This document shows positions 52,831-64,000 of a DNA stretch of 64,000 nucleotides, one piece after another. The position numbers and the translations under genes are program-made. This DNA is from Eledone cirrhosa (lineage: Eukaryota), in NCBI GenBank assembly GCA_964016885.1, contig OZ024746.1, positions 91,016,001 through 91,080,000 on the forward strand, in the 5' to 3' direction. The first letter of the stretch is position 1; each line of letters opens with the position of its first letter. The notes under the pieces were generated by a model that was not told where the DNA came from, searched no databases, and saw only the letters and a list, made by a program, of their open reading frames with translations.

Positions 52831-53345
52831 TAGCGCTAAGTTCACTGTTAGAGCATGTGTGAGTGCAAGTGTTAGAGCATGTGTGAGTGCAAGTGTTAGG
52901 GTAAGTGTTATTTTTAAAGTTCGGCTTAGCTTCAAGTTAGGTTTTTTACTTTCCAGGAAAAAAGTTGATCCTCTCTAACTTGAGTGGTGTGATATAGTGT
53001 GGTAAAGTATAGTGTTTCATAGTCTTGTGAGGTGTTGTCTATTGTTGTATAGTGTAGTATGGTATATTGTTTCATAGCATGGTCTGATGTGATGTCGTGC
53101 AGTGTTTCGTTGTGTGGTGTTGGATAATGTGGTATGGTATAATGTTTGTCAGTGTGGTGTGGTATGGTATAGGTTGATGTAGTGTGGCTTAGTTTGATTA
53201 TAATAATACAAATAATAATAACAATAATAATAGTAATAGTAATAATAATTGTTCTTGTTCATTTTCTTTGTCTGTCTTCTTCTGTGCCTTTGTTTTCTTC
53301 TGTGCCTTTGACTGCTTCTGTGCCTTTGACTTCTGCGCCTTTGAC
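52810..53345 (+). repeat. Duplicated segment, copy 1 (copy 2 at 62100-62716)
   Basis: gttagcgctaagttcactgttagagcatgtgtgag...ccaggaaaaa...ctctctaacttgagtgg nearly identical in both. Confidence 0.95.
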
Positions 53346-53789
53346 ATAGAGAAAACTCTGGGGTTAAACGAGAGAAGTGCATCCACCTAAGTTTTCCATG
53401 AAGAGAGAGTCAATAACAAACATCTTGGAGTTCGGATTAGTTGATAACACGTTGAAAAAAGATGAGGAAAAAATGTTGGGTGTTATGTGGTGTGGAGTAC
53501 TGTGGTGTTGTGCAGTGAGGTTCATCTATATCTTTCTCTTCTTCATCTTTGTATTCATCTTCTTTGTTTTGTCTTCCATCTAAACAAAAAAAAATATATA
53601 TATATAAAACATATATGTAGCCAATCTCTCAGACTTTTACAAAGCTCCAGGCAGATAAATTTAATATAAGTGGTGTGTTCCTGAACAGAGATACTACAAA
53701 ATAGCTTAAAAGGTATATATATATATATATAAATAAATATATACGGGTGTGTATGATTGTGTATAGAAGATTATATTAAAAAAAAAAAA

Positions 53790-56700
53790 AGGAAACAGGA
53801 AGAAAATTTTTCACACCAAGATCAATCAATAGCTTGGTGCGATGTAGTATGGTGTAACTTGGTATGGTGTGGTTTGGTTCGGTTTGGTGAAGTTATGAAA
53901 TGGAAACCAATTGTAAACGATAGATTCCCATGTCATATTCATTGATAATGTGTGGGAAAATAGTCATTTGCAAGCACCTTTGATATTAGTTTGAGGTGGT
54001 AACCACAAAAAAAAAAGCAGGTAGCAAATTTGTCACATTAATGTCCATACCATGGTGTGATGTAATAAATTTACCATATAGTGAAGTATGGTTATGGTGA
54101 AGTATATGGTGTGGATTGAGGTAGATTAATGTGTTGTGGTGTGCTTTGTTATAAGTGAGGATTTAAATTTCTACTTTGATTTATGTTAGAAAAAAATTTT
54201 TCCTTCATTTTTGCATATTAACAAAAAATATGACTTCCGCTGCAATAAAAAATGACTAGCTTTGTAAATGGTATTTCCACCCACATCCTCCCTCTTTTTT
54301 CTACAAAGCTAATCATTTTCGACAGTTTTCCATGTCATAATTATTGATAATATGTGCAAAAAATAGTCAATTGCAGCACCTTTGATGTCAGATTGGGTGC
54401 TAAGAACACGCACAAAAAAAAAAAAAGAAACAGGAAGAAAATTTTTCACACTGAGATCAAAAGCATGGTGTGATGTAGAATGGTGTAGTTTGTTATGGTG
54501 TGGTTTGGATTTTTGTAGTTATGACATGGGAAACTATTGCAAATGACAGCAAGAAGCTCGCAGTGGACTATGCTTTTTGCATATAAACAAAAAATATGAC
54601 TTCCGCTGCAATAAAAAATGACTAGCTTTGTAAATGGTATTTCCACCCACATCCTCCCTCTTTTTTCTACAAAGCTAATCATTTTCGACAGTTTTCCATG
54701 TCATAATTATTGATAATATGTGCAAAAAATAGTCAATTGCAGCACCTTTGATGTCAGATTGGGTGCTAAGAACACGCACAAAAAAAAAAAAAAGAAACAA
54801 AGAAAATTTTTCACACTGAGATCAAAAGCATGGTGTGATGTAGAATGGTGTAGTTTGTTATGGTGTGGTTTGGATTTTTGTAGTTATGACATGGGAAACT
54901 ATTGCAAATGACAGCAAGAAGCTCGCAGTGGACTATGCTTTTTGCATATTAACAAAAAATGACTTCCGCTGCAATAAAAAATGACTAGCTTTGTAAATGG
55001 TATTTCCACCCACATCCTCCCTCTTTTTTCTACAAAGCTAATCGTTTTTGACAGTTTTCCATGTCATAATTATTGATAATATGTGCAAAAAATAGTCAAT
55101 TGCAGCACCTTTGATGTCAGATTGGGTGCTAAGAACACGCACAAAAAAAAAAAAAGAAACAGGAAGAAAATTTTTCACACTGAGATCAAAAGCATGGTGT
55201 GATGTAGAATGGTGTAGTTTGTTATGGTGTGGTTTGGATTTTTGTAGTTATGACATGGGAAACTATTGCAAATGACAGCAAGAAGCTCGCAGTGGACTAT
55301 GCTTTTTGCATATAAACAAAAAATATGACTTCCGCTGCAATAAAAAATGACTAGCTTTGTAAATGGTATTTCCACCCACATCCTCCCTCTTTTTTCTACA
55401 AAGCTAATCATTTTCGACAGTTTTCCATGTCATAATTATTGATAATATGTGCAAAAAATAGTCAATTGCAGCACCTTTGATGTCAGATTGGGTGCTAAGA
55501 ACACGCACAAAAAAAAAAAAAAGAAACAAAGAAAATTTTTCACACTGAGATCAAAAGCATGGTGTGATGTAGAATGGTGTAGTTTGTTATGGTGTGGTTT
55601 GGATTTTTGTAGTTATGACATGGGAAACTATTGCAAATGACAGCAAGAAGCTCGCAGTGGACTATGCTTTTTGCATATTAACAAAAAATGACTTCCACTG
55701 CAATAAAAAATGACTAGCTTTGTAAATGGTATTTCCACCCACATCCTCCCTCTTTTTTCTACAAAGCTAATCGTTTTTGACAGTTTTCCATGTCATAATT
55801 ATTGATAATATGTGCAAAAAATAGTCAATTGCAGCACCTTTGATGTCAGATTGGGTGCTAAGAACACGCACAAAAAAAAAAAAAGAAACAGGAAGAAAAT
55901 GTTTCACACTGAGATCAAAAGCATGGTGTGATGTAGAATGGTGTAGTTTGTTATGGTGTGGTTTGGATTTTTGTAGTTATGACATGGGAAACTATTGCAA
56001 ATGACAGCAAGAAGCTTGCAGTGGACTATGCTTTTTGCATATTAACAAAAAATATGACTTCCGCAGCAATAAAAAATGACTAGCTTTGTAAATGGTATTT
56101 CCACCCACATCCTCCCTCTTTTTTCTACAAAGCTAATCATTTTTGACAGTTTTCCATGTCATAATTATTGATAATATGTGCAAAAAATAGTCAATTGCAG
56201 CACCTTTGATGTCAGATTGGGTGCTAAGAACACGCACAAAAAAAAAAAAAAAGAAACAGGAAGAAACTTTTTCACACTGAGATCAAAAGCATGGTGTGAT
56301 GTAGAATGGTGTAGTTTGTTATGGTGTGGTTTGGATTTTTGTAGTTATGACATGGGAAACTATTGCAAATGACAGCAAGAAGCTCGCAGTGGACTATGCT
56401 TTTTGCATATTAACAAAAAATATGACTTCCGCTGCAATAAAAAATGACTAGCTTTGTAAATGGTATTTCCACCCACATCCTCCCTCTTTTTTCTACAAAG
56501 CTAATCATTTTTGACAGTTTTCCATGTCATAATTATTGATAATATGTGCAAAAAATAGTCAATTGCAGCACCTTTGATGTCAGATTAGGTGCTAAGAACA
56601 CGCACAAAAAAAAAAAAAGAAACAGGAAGAAAATTTTTCACACTGAGATCAAAAGCATGGTGTGATGTAGAATGGTGTAGTTTGTTATGGTGTGGTTTGG

Positions 56701-58800
56701 ATTTTTGTAGTTATGACATGGGAAACTATTGCAAATGACAGCAAGAAGCTTGCAGTGGACTATGCTTTTTGCATATTAACAAAAAATATGACTTCCGCTG
56801 CAATAAAAAATGACTAGCTTTGTAAATGGTATTTCCACCCACATCCTCCCTCTTTTTTCTACAAAGCTAATCATTTTTGACAGTTTTCCATGTCATAATT
56901 ATTGATAATATGTGCAAAAAATAGTCAATTGCAGCACCTTTGATGTCAGATTGGGTGCTAAGAACACGCACAAAAAAAAAAAAAAGAAACAGGAAGAAAC
57001 TTTTTCACACTGAGATCAAAAGCATGGTGTGATGTAGAATGGTGTAGTTTGTTATGGTATGGTTTGGATTTTTGTAGTTATGACATGGGAAACTATTGCA
57101 AATGACAGCAAGAAGCTCGCAGTGGACTATGCTTTTTGCATATTAACAAAAAATATGACTTCCGCTGCAATAAAAAATGACTAGCTTTGTAAATGGTATT
57201 TCCACCCACATCCTCCCTCTTTTTTCTACAAAGCTAATCATTTTCGACAGTTTTCCATGTCATAATTATTGATAATATGTGCAAAAAATAGTCAATTGCA
57301 GCACCTTTGATGTCAGATTGGGTGCTAAGAACATGCACAAAAAAAAAAAAAAGAAACAGGAAGAAAATTTTTCACACTGAGATCAAAAGCATGGTGTGAT
57401 GTAGAATGGTGTAGTTTGTTATGGTATGGTTTGGATTTTTGTAGTTATGACATGGGAAACTATTGCAAATGACAGCAAGAAGCTCGCAGTGGACTATGCT
57501 TTTTGCATATTAACAAAAAATATGACTTCCGCTGCAATAAAAAATGACTAGCTTTGTAAATGGTATTTCCACCCACATCCTCCCTCTTTTTTCTACAAAG
57601 CTAATCATTTTCGACAGTTTTCCATGTCATAATTATTGATAATATGTGCAAAAAATAGTCAATTGCAGCACCTTTGATGTCAGATTGGGTGCTAAGAACA
57701 TGCACAAAAAAAAAAAAAAAGAAACAGGCAGAAAATTTTTCACACTGAGATCAAAAGCATGGTGTGATGTAGAATGGTGTAGTTTGTTATGGTGTGGTTT
57801 GGATTTTTGTAGTTATGACATGGGAAACTATTGCAAATGACAGCAAGAAGCTCGCAGTGGACTATGCTTTTTGCATATAAACAAAAAATATGACTTCCGC
57901 TGCAATAAAAAATGACTAGCTTTGTAAATGGTATTTCCACCCACATCCTCCCTCTTTTTTCTACAAAGCTAATCATTTTCGACAGTTTTCCATGTCATAA
58001 TTATTGATAATATGTGCAAAAAATAGTCAATTGCAGCACCTTTGATGTCAGATTGGGTGCTAAGAACATGCACAAAAAAAAAAAAAAGAAACAGGCAGAA
58101 AATTTTTTACACTGAGATCAAAAGCATGGTGTGATGTAGAATGGTGTAGTTTGTTATGGTGTGGTTTGGATTTTTGTAGTTATGACATGGGAAACTATTG
58201 CAAATGACAGCAAGAAGCTCGCAGTGGACTATGCTTTTTGCATATTAACAAAAAATATGACTTCCGCTGCAATAAAAAATGACTAGCTTTGTAAATGGTA
58301 TTTCCACCCACATCCTCCCTCTTTTTTCTACAAAGCTAATCATTTTCGACAGTTTTCCATGTCATAATTATTGATAATATGTGCAAAAAATAGTCAATTG
58401 CAGCACCTTTGATGTCAGATTGGGTGCTAAGAACACGCACAAAAAAAAAAAAAAAGAAACGAAGAAAATTTTTCACACTGAGATCAAAAGCATGGTGTGA
58501 TGTAGAATGGTGTAGTTTGTTATGGTGTTGTTTGGATTTTTGTAGTTATGACATGGGAACCTATTGCAAATGATAGGTTTCCATGTTATATACATTGATA
58601 ATGTGTAAAAAAAATAGTCATTTGTGAGCACCTTTGATATCAGATTGAGTGGTAAGCACACACAGAAAAAAAAAAAAAAACAGGAAGAAAAATGTTCTCA
58701 CTGAGATTAATAGCATGGTGTGATGTAGTATGGTGTAGTTTGTTATGGTTTAGTTTGGTGTAGTTATAACATAGAAACCTATCATAAATTTACCAAGGTA
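53790..58800. repeat. 366-bp satellite, 12 near-identical copies, flanked by parts of the 860-bp unit
   Basis: Marker taagaaca.gcac at 54401, 54767, 55130, 55496, 55859, 56225, 56593, 56959, 57326, 57693, 58061, 58428. Confidence 0.97.
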
Positions 58801-58964
58801 TGGTATAATCTGGTTTGCTGTAGTCTAGGTTAGTGTGGTGTGGTGTGTTATTGTGTTGCATCGTATAGCGTGATTCTCTTTAAATTAAAATCATTAAAAT
58901 GTAATGCCTATCTTCTATATCTTAAAGAGTGACCTTAAATGTGATTGCAAATGACTTTTTTCTC

Positions 58965-60820
58965 TGGATTAATGTTAGATTTAGGGTTAGTGTTAGAGTA
59001 AGTTTATTGTTAGTGACTGTGTTACTGTTAACATTACTGTCACTGTTAGTGTTACTGTAACTGTTACTCTTACAGTTACTGTTGGCGTTACTGTCTGCAT
59101 AAGCGTCTATGTAAGCTTTTGTGTTAGTGTCTATGTAGACTGGTGTTAGCATCTGCGTTAGTGTTTGGATTAGCCTTAGTGTTTGCATAAGTGTCACCAT
59201 CTATGTCAGCATTTGTGGTAGTGATTGTGTCAGCATTTCCCTTAGTGTCTGAGTCAACATTAGTGTTTGTTTCAGTGCCTACGTCTACATCAGCTTCTGA
59301 GTCAGCATTATCATTAGCGTCCACGTCAGCACTTGTGTCAGTGTCAGTATTTGCATTAGTGTTTGAGTCAGTGTTAGCATCAGCGTCCACGTCAGCACTT
59401 GTGTCAGTGTCAGTATTTGCATTAGTGTTTGAGTCAGTGTTAGCATCAGCGTTTGCATTTGTGTAGGGGTTCGCATTTGCGTCAGCATCTGCATCAGCAT
59501 TCGCATTAGCGTTTGCGACAGCGTTTCCTTTAACGTCTTTGTCAGCATTTCCGTTAGCATCTATGTCAGTGTTTCTGTTAGCTTCTACGTTTGCGTTTCC
59601 GACCGCGTCTGTGTCAGCGTCAGTATTTACATCTACATCAGCGTCAGCGTTTCAGTTAACGTCAGTGTTTACGTTAGCATCTGTGTCAGCGTTTACGTTA
59701 GCTTCTACGTCAGCGTTTCCGTAACGTCTGCGTCAGCGTTTTCCGTTAGCATTAGCGTTTCCATCAACCTTTCCTGTGGCGTCCGCATCAATGCAGCGTC
59801 TGCATATCCCATGTAAGCATTAACTTCAGCATTTGCGTCAGCGTTAGCGTTAGCCTTAGCCCTAGCGTCCGCATCAGCATTTGCATTAGCGTCAGCATAC
59901 ACGTCAGCGCCGGCAATACTGCCTCAACATTTGCGTCAGCGTTAGCTTGGCTTTGGCTTCAGCAATCCGCATCAGCAATTGTGTTTTGGAGATCAGCTTC
60001 GGCGGTAAGGGTAAACGCTAACTTCTACGCCTGCTTCTACGTAACAACTACGTCAGCGTTTACGTTAGCTTCTACGTCAGCGTCTACGTTAGCTTCTACG
60101 TCAGCATCTACGTTAACATCTACGTCATCGTTTACGTTAGCTTCTACGTCAGCATCTACATTAGCTTCTACATCAGCGCTTACATTAGTGTCTGTGTCAG
60201 CATTTTTGTTAGCTTCTACGTCATCGTCTGTATTTACATCTACATCAGCGTTTACATTTGCGTCTGTGTCAGCGTTTACGTTAGCTACTACGTCATCATT
60301 TACGTTAGCGTCTGTGTCAACGTGTGTTAGCATCTGTGTCAGCGTTTATGTGAGCGTCTGCATTAGTGTTTATATTAGCATCTGCGTCATTCTTTATGTT
60401 AGCATCTGTGTTAGTGTCTGTGTCAGCATTTTCATTCGTGTTTGCATCAGTGTTTCCTTTAGCTTCTACGTCAATGTTTACGTCTGCGTTAAGGTTCACA
60501 TTAGCATCGCTGTCATCGTTTGCGTCAGCATTTGCGTTTGCTTTAACATCTGCATCAACATTTGCGTCTGTGTTTGCATTAGTGTTTGCATTTGATTAAT
60601 GTTTGCATCAGCGTGAGAATTTGTGTCAGTGTCCACGTCAGCATTAGAGTCTGTGTAGCATTTACATCAGCGTGTGCGTCAGAGTCTTTGTCAGCATTCG
60701 CCTTTGCACCTGCATCAGTATTCACGTTAGTGTTTGTGTCAGCATAAGCGATTGTGTCAACATTTGCGCTAGCGTTTGTGCCAGCAGAGCCATCTTCGTC
60801 AGTGTCAGCGTTGGTGTTAG
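58965..60820. repeat. GC-richer degenerate hexamer block (TCAGCG/TTAGCA type)
   Basis: Direct reading; SA/DA/NA dipeptide pseudo-ORFs with frequent frame breaks. Confidence 0.9.
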
Positions 60821-62130
60821 TGTTTCCATTAGTGTTCGTGTTAGTGTTTGATTTTGTATTAGTGTTAGCATTTTTGTTAGTGTTCAGGTTAATGTTGACT
60901 TAATTTTCTGGTTAGTGTTAATTTTCAGGTTAGGGCTCATGTTACTTTTAGTGTTAGTGCTCAGGTTAGTGGTTTATGGTAGTTTTAGTGGTAGTGTAAG
61001 TATTCAGGTTAATGTTCGTGTTAATGTCAGTTTTAGTGTTAGTGTTTTATTTTGTGTTAATGTTTGTGTTAGTGTTTCCATTAGTGTTAGTGCTAGTCTT
61101 TGTTTTTCTGTTAATGTTAGTGTTTGTTTTAGTGTTGAGGTTAATGTTAGCTTAGTTTTCTGGTTAGTATCAATTTTAGTGTTAGTGTCAGTTTTTATGG
61201 TAGTGTGAGTGTTACTGTTAGTGCTCATATCAGTGTTAGTGTTACTCTTTATGGTAATGTTAGTTTTAGTGCTAGTGTTTAGGTTAATGTTAGTTTTAGT
61301 GTAAGTGTTAATGTTAGTTTTAGTGTTAAGGTTTGTGTTAGTGTTTGTTTTTGTGTTAATATTTGTATTAGTATGTCCGTTAGCATTAGTGATTGATGTT
61401 TCCATTAGTGTTAGTGATTGTGTTAGCGTTAGTATTTGTTTTTGTGTTAATGTTAGCATTAGTATTTCTGTTAGTGTTAGCATGAGTGTTTGTGTTAGTT
61501 TTCAGGTTAGTGTTAGTGTTCAAGTTAATGTTAGTTTTAGTGTTAGAGATTGTGTTAGTATCTCTGTTAGTGTTAGTTTTAGTGTAAGTTTTCAGGTTAG
61601 TGTTAGTGTTCAAGTTAATGTTAGTGTTAGTTTTAGTGTTAAGGTTAGTGTTAGAGATTGTGTTAGTGTTAGTATTTGTTTTTGTGTTAATATTTGTGTT
61701 AGTATCTCTGTTAGCATTAGTGTTTGATGTTTCTATTAGTGTTAGTGTTTGTGTTACTGTTTATGGTAGTGTTAGTTTTAGTGCTAGTGTTTAGGTTAAT
61801 GTTAGTTTTAGTGTAAGTGTTAATGTTAGTTTTAGTGTTAGAGATTGTGTTAGTGTTTGTTTTTGTGTTAATATTTGTGTTAGTATCTCTGTTAGCATTA
61901 GTGATTGATGTTTCCATTAGTGTTAGTGATTGTGTTAGCGTTAGTCTTTGTTTTCGTGTTAATGTTAGCATTAGTATTTCTGTTAGTGTTAGCATGAGTG
62001 TTTGTGTTAGTGTTCAGGTTAATGTTAGCTTAGTTTTCAGGTTAGTGTTAGTGTTCAAGTTAATGTTAGTTTTAGTGTTAGTGTTTGTTTTTGTGTTTTT
62101 GTTAGTTTTCATGTTAGCGCTAAGTTCACT
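60820..62130. repeat. Second (TTAGTG)n block, paralogous to 50629-52830
   Basis: Shares the lead-in gttagcattttt...ggttaatgttgactt...gctc.tgttacttttagtgttagtgctcagg. Confidence 0.92.
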
Positions 62131-62562
62131 GTTAGAGCATGTGTGAGTGCAAGTGTTAGAGCATGTGTGAGTTCAAGTGTTAGGGTAAGTGTTATTTTTA
62201 AAGTTCGGTTTAGCTTCAGTTTTTTAGGTTTTTTACTTTCCAGGAAAAAAGTCGATCCTCTCTAACTTGAGTGGTGTGATATAGTGTGGTAAAGTATAGT
62301 GTTTCATAGTCTTGTGTGGTGTTGTCTATTGTTGTATAGTGTAGTATGGTATATTGTTTCATAGCATGGTCTGATGTGAGGTCGTACAGTGTTTCGTAGT
62401 GTGGTGTTGGATAATGTGGTATGGTATAATGTTTGTCAGTGTGGTGTGGTATGGTATAGGTTGATGTAGTGTGGCTTAGTTTGATTATAATAATACAAAT
62501 AATAATAACAATAATAATAGTAATAGTAATAATAATTGTTCTTGTTCATTTTCTTTGTCTGT

Positions 62563-62716
62563 CTTCTGTGCCTTTGTTTTCTTCTGTGCCTTTGACTTCT
62601 TCTGTGCCTTTGACTTCTTCTGTGCCTTTGACTTCTTCTGTGCCTTTGACTTCTTCTGTGCCTTTGACTTCTTCTGTGCCTTTGACTTCTTCTGTGCCTT
62701 TGACTTCTTCTGTGCC
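62563..62716. repeat. 18-bp tandem repeat, about 8 copies (about 4 in the paralog at 53275-53345)
   Basis: ttctgtgcctttgacttc. Confidence 0.95.
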
Positions 62717-63554
62717 ATCTAAATACCAAAAACAAAGAATGTAAAACATATATGTTGCCTATTTCTTTACAAAGTGCTGAGGAGAAGATAAAGTTAATTT
62801 AAAGAGAAGTGTGCTCATGCACTGTGATCCTATAATGTAGCTTATAAGCTATTTCATAACTAAAAAACAATGTCAAACATTAACAAAAGTCTATACAAAT
62901 ATCTTTGAATGTTTAAGTTAAACCTAAATAGATCGTATCTACAGGTCATTAGGTTAAGGCTGAACTAAGATCATATCTATAAATCATTAGGTTTAGACTG
63001 AACTGAGATCATACTTTCTTCTTTTCGTCATCTTCGTTTCCCGTGTCTTCTTTGTCTTTGTTGTCATTTTCATTTTAGTCGTCTGCTTCGTCGTCTTTTT
63101 CTTCTTTTCCATCTAAATATAAAAAAAAAAATTGTAAACAAATATATAGCTGATCACTCAGACTTTCACGAAACACCGAGGAGATACAGTTAATATAACG
63201 AGTGGGGAGCTCATATATATATATATATATGGTATAGCATGGTGTTATGTGGTCTGGTGTGGTACGACATGGTGTGATGTGGTGTGGTATGATATGGTGA
63301 GGTGGGGGGGGGGGGGCACAACGGTAGATTAATGTTAACAATACACATGTAGCAGCCACATGTGATGAGAAGGGGGAAACAGTTTTTAACTAATTTTAAC
63401 ATGACATGTAGCATCCATCTATAGGTGATTAAGTTAAGACAGGTGTAATCATATGAAAAGGTCAGTTTAAAACTACACTGAGATTCTGCTTAAAATGGTG
63501 GTCAATGAAGTGTTTACTTACTCAGATCCTTTGAAATAACTTTCTTTCTCTGAT

Positions 63555-64000
63555 GTGGCGAGTCGTGGTTAAATGTGATGTGATGAAATGTGGCTTGGCG
63601 TGGTGAAATGTGCCGTGGCGTGGTGAAATGAGGCGAGATGAGATGAGTGATGTGACGTGGTGAGATGGGGTGTGGTGTGATGTGATGGCATGCGGAGTGG
63701 TGTGATGTGATGTGAAATTTTTTCATCCTATTTTTCCTGTGCTATCAACTAATCCAATCTCCAAGATGCTTGAAACTGACTTTTTCCCCCCAGGAAAACG
63801 GCGGAGTGAGGTGGTTCCCCCTTCACCCGGATAACCCCTGCTTACTCGGAATTTTCTCTTTGATTCTATTTTCATGCATTATCAGTGAATATGACTTCCA
63901 AACCAGTCAAAAACAACTAGCTTTGGAGAAAGAGGAGAGGGAGAAGGGAAGAGTTTTGCAGATCTACACCCCACTCACATGTTGTGGGACTTAATCATTT
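63555..64000. repeat. (TGTGG)-type pentamer tract followed by a diverged restart of the complex satellite
   Basis: tgctatcaactaatccaatctccaagatgcttg and aatatgacttcc...actagctttg match 45835-45945. Confidence 0.65.

Noticed and set aside
54446-58661. Tandem small-protein gene family (repeated 63-78 aa ORFs)
   Set aside because: Satellite units; the ORFs appear and vanish with poly-A length
58922-60599. Ala/Asp/Asn dipeptide-repeat (antifreeze- or biomineral-like) protein
   Set aside because: Hexamer periodicity with frequent frame breaks, ORFs on both strands, continuous with non-coding TTAGTG blocks

Overview
AT-rich, repeat-saturated eukaryotic DNA. The SINE families and microsatellite load most resemble an octopus-like cephalopod (inference from recognised repeat motifs). 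No intact protein-coding gene can be supported, and nearly all ORFs in the track are microsatellite or satellite read-throughs. Bases 1-45,700 are a mosaic of tRNA-derived SINEs, decayed LINEs (CR1, RTE, CRE-like), non-autonomous Helitrons, hAT and piggyBac-like MITEs, minisatellites (22, 30, 33, 40, 44, 65, 68 and 72 bp units) and many Penelope-like element (PLE) remnants lodged in (AT)n tracts. The most notable signal is about ten type I hammerhead-ribozyme (HHR) folds from unrelated PLE-like families. Several sit at or beside the turning point of long inverted repeats, and one pair forms a 383-bp direct repeat. Bases 45,800-64,000 are a hierarchical satellite domain (about 180-bp sub-repeat, about 860-bp unit with 1.7-kb dimer, derived 366-bp array) plus TTAGTG-type hexamer blocks inside a 9-10 kb duplication. 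Coordinates of degenerate repeats are approximate, read by eye.
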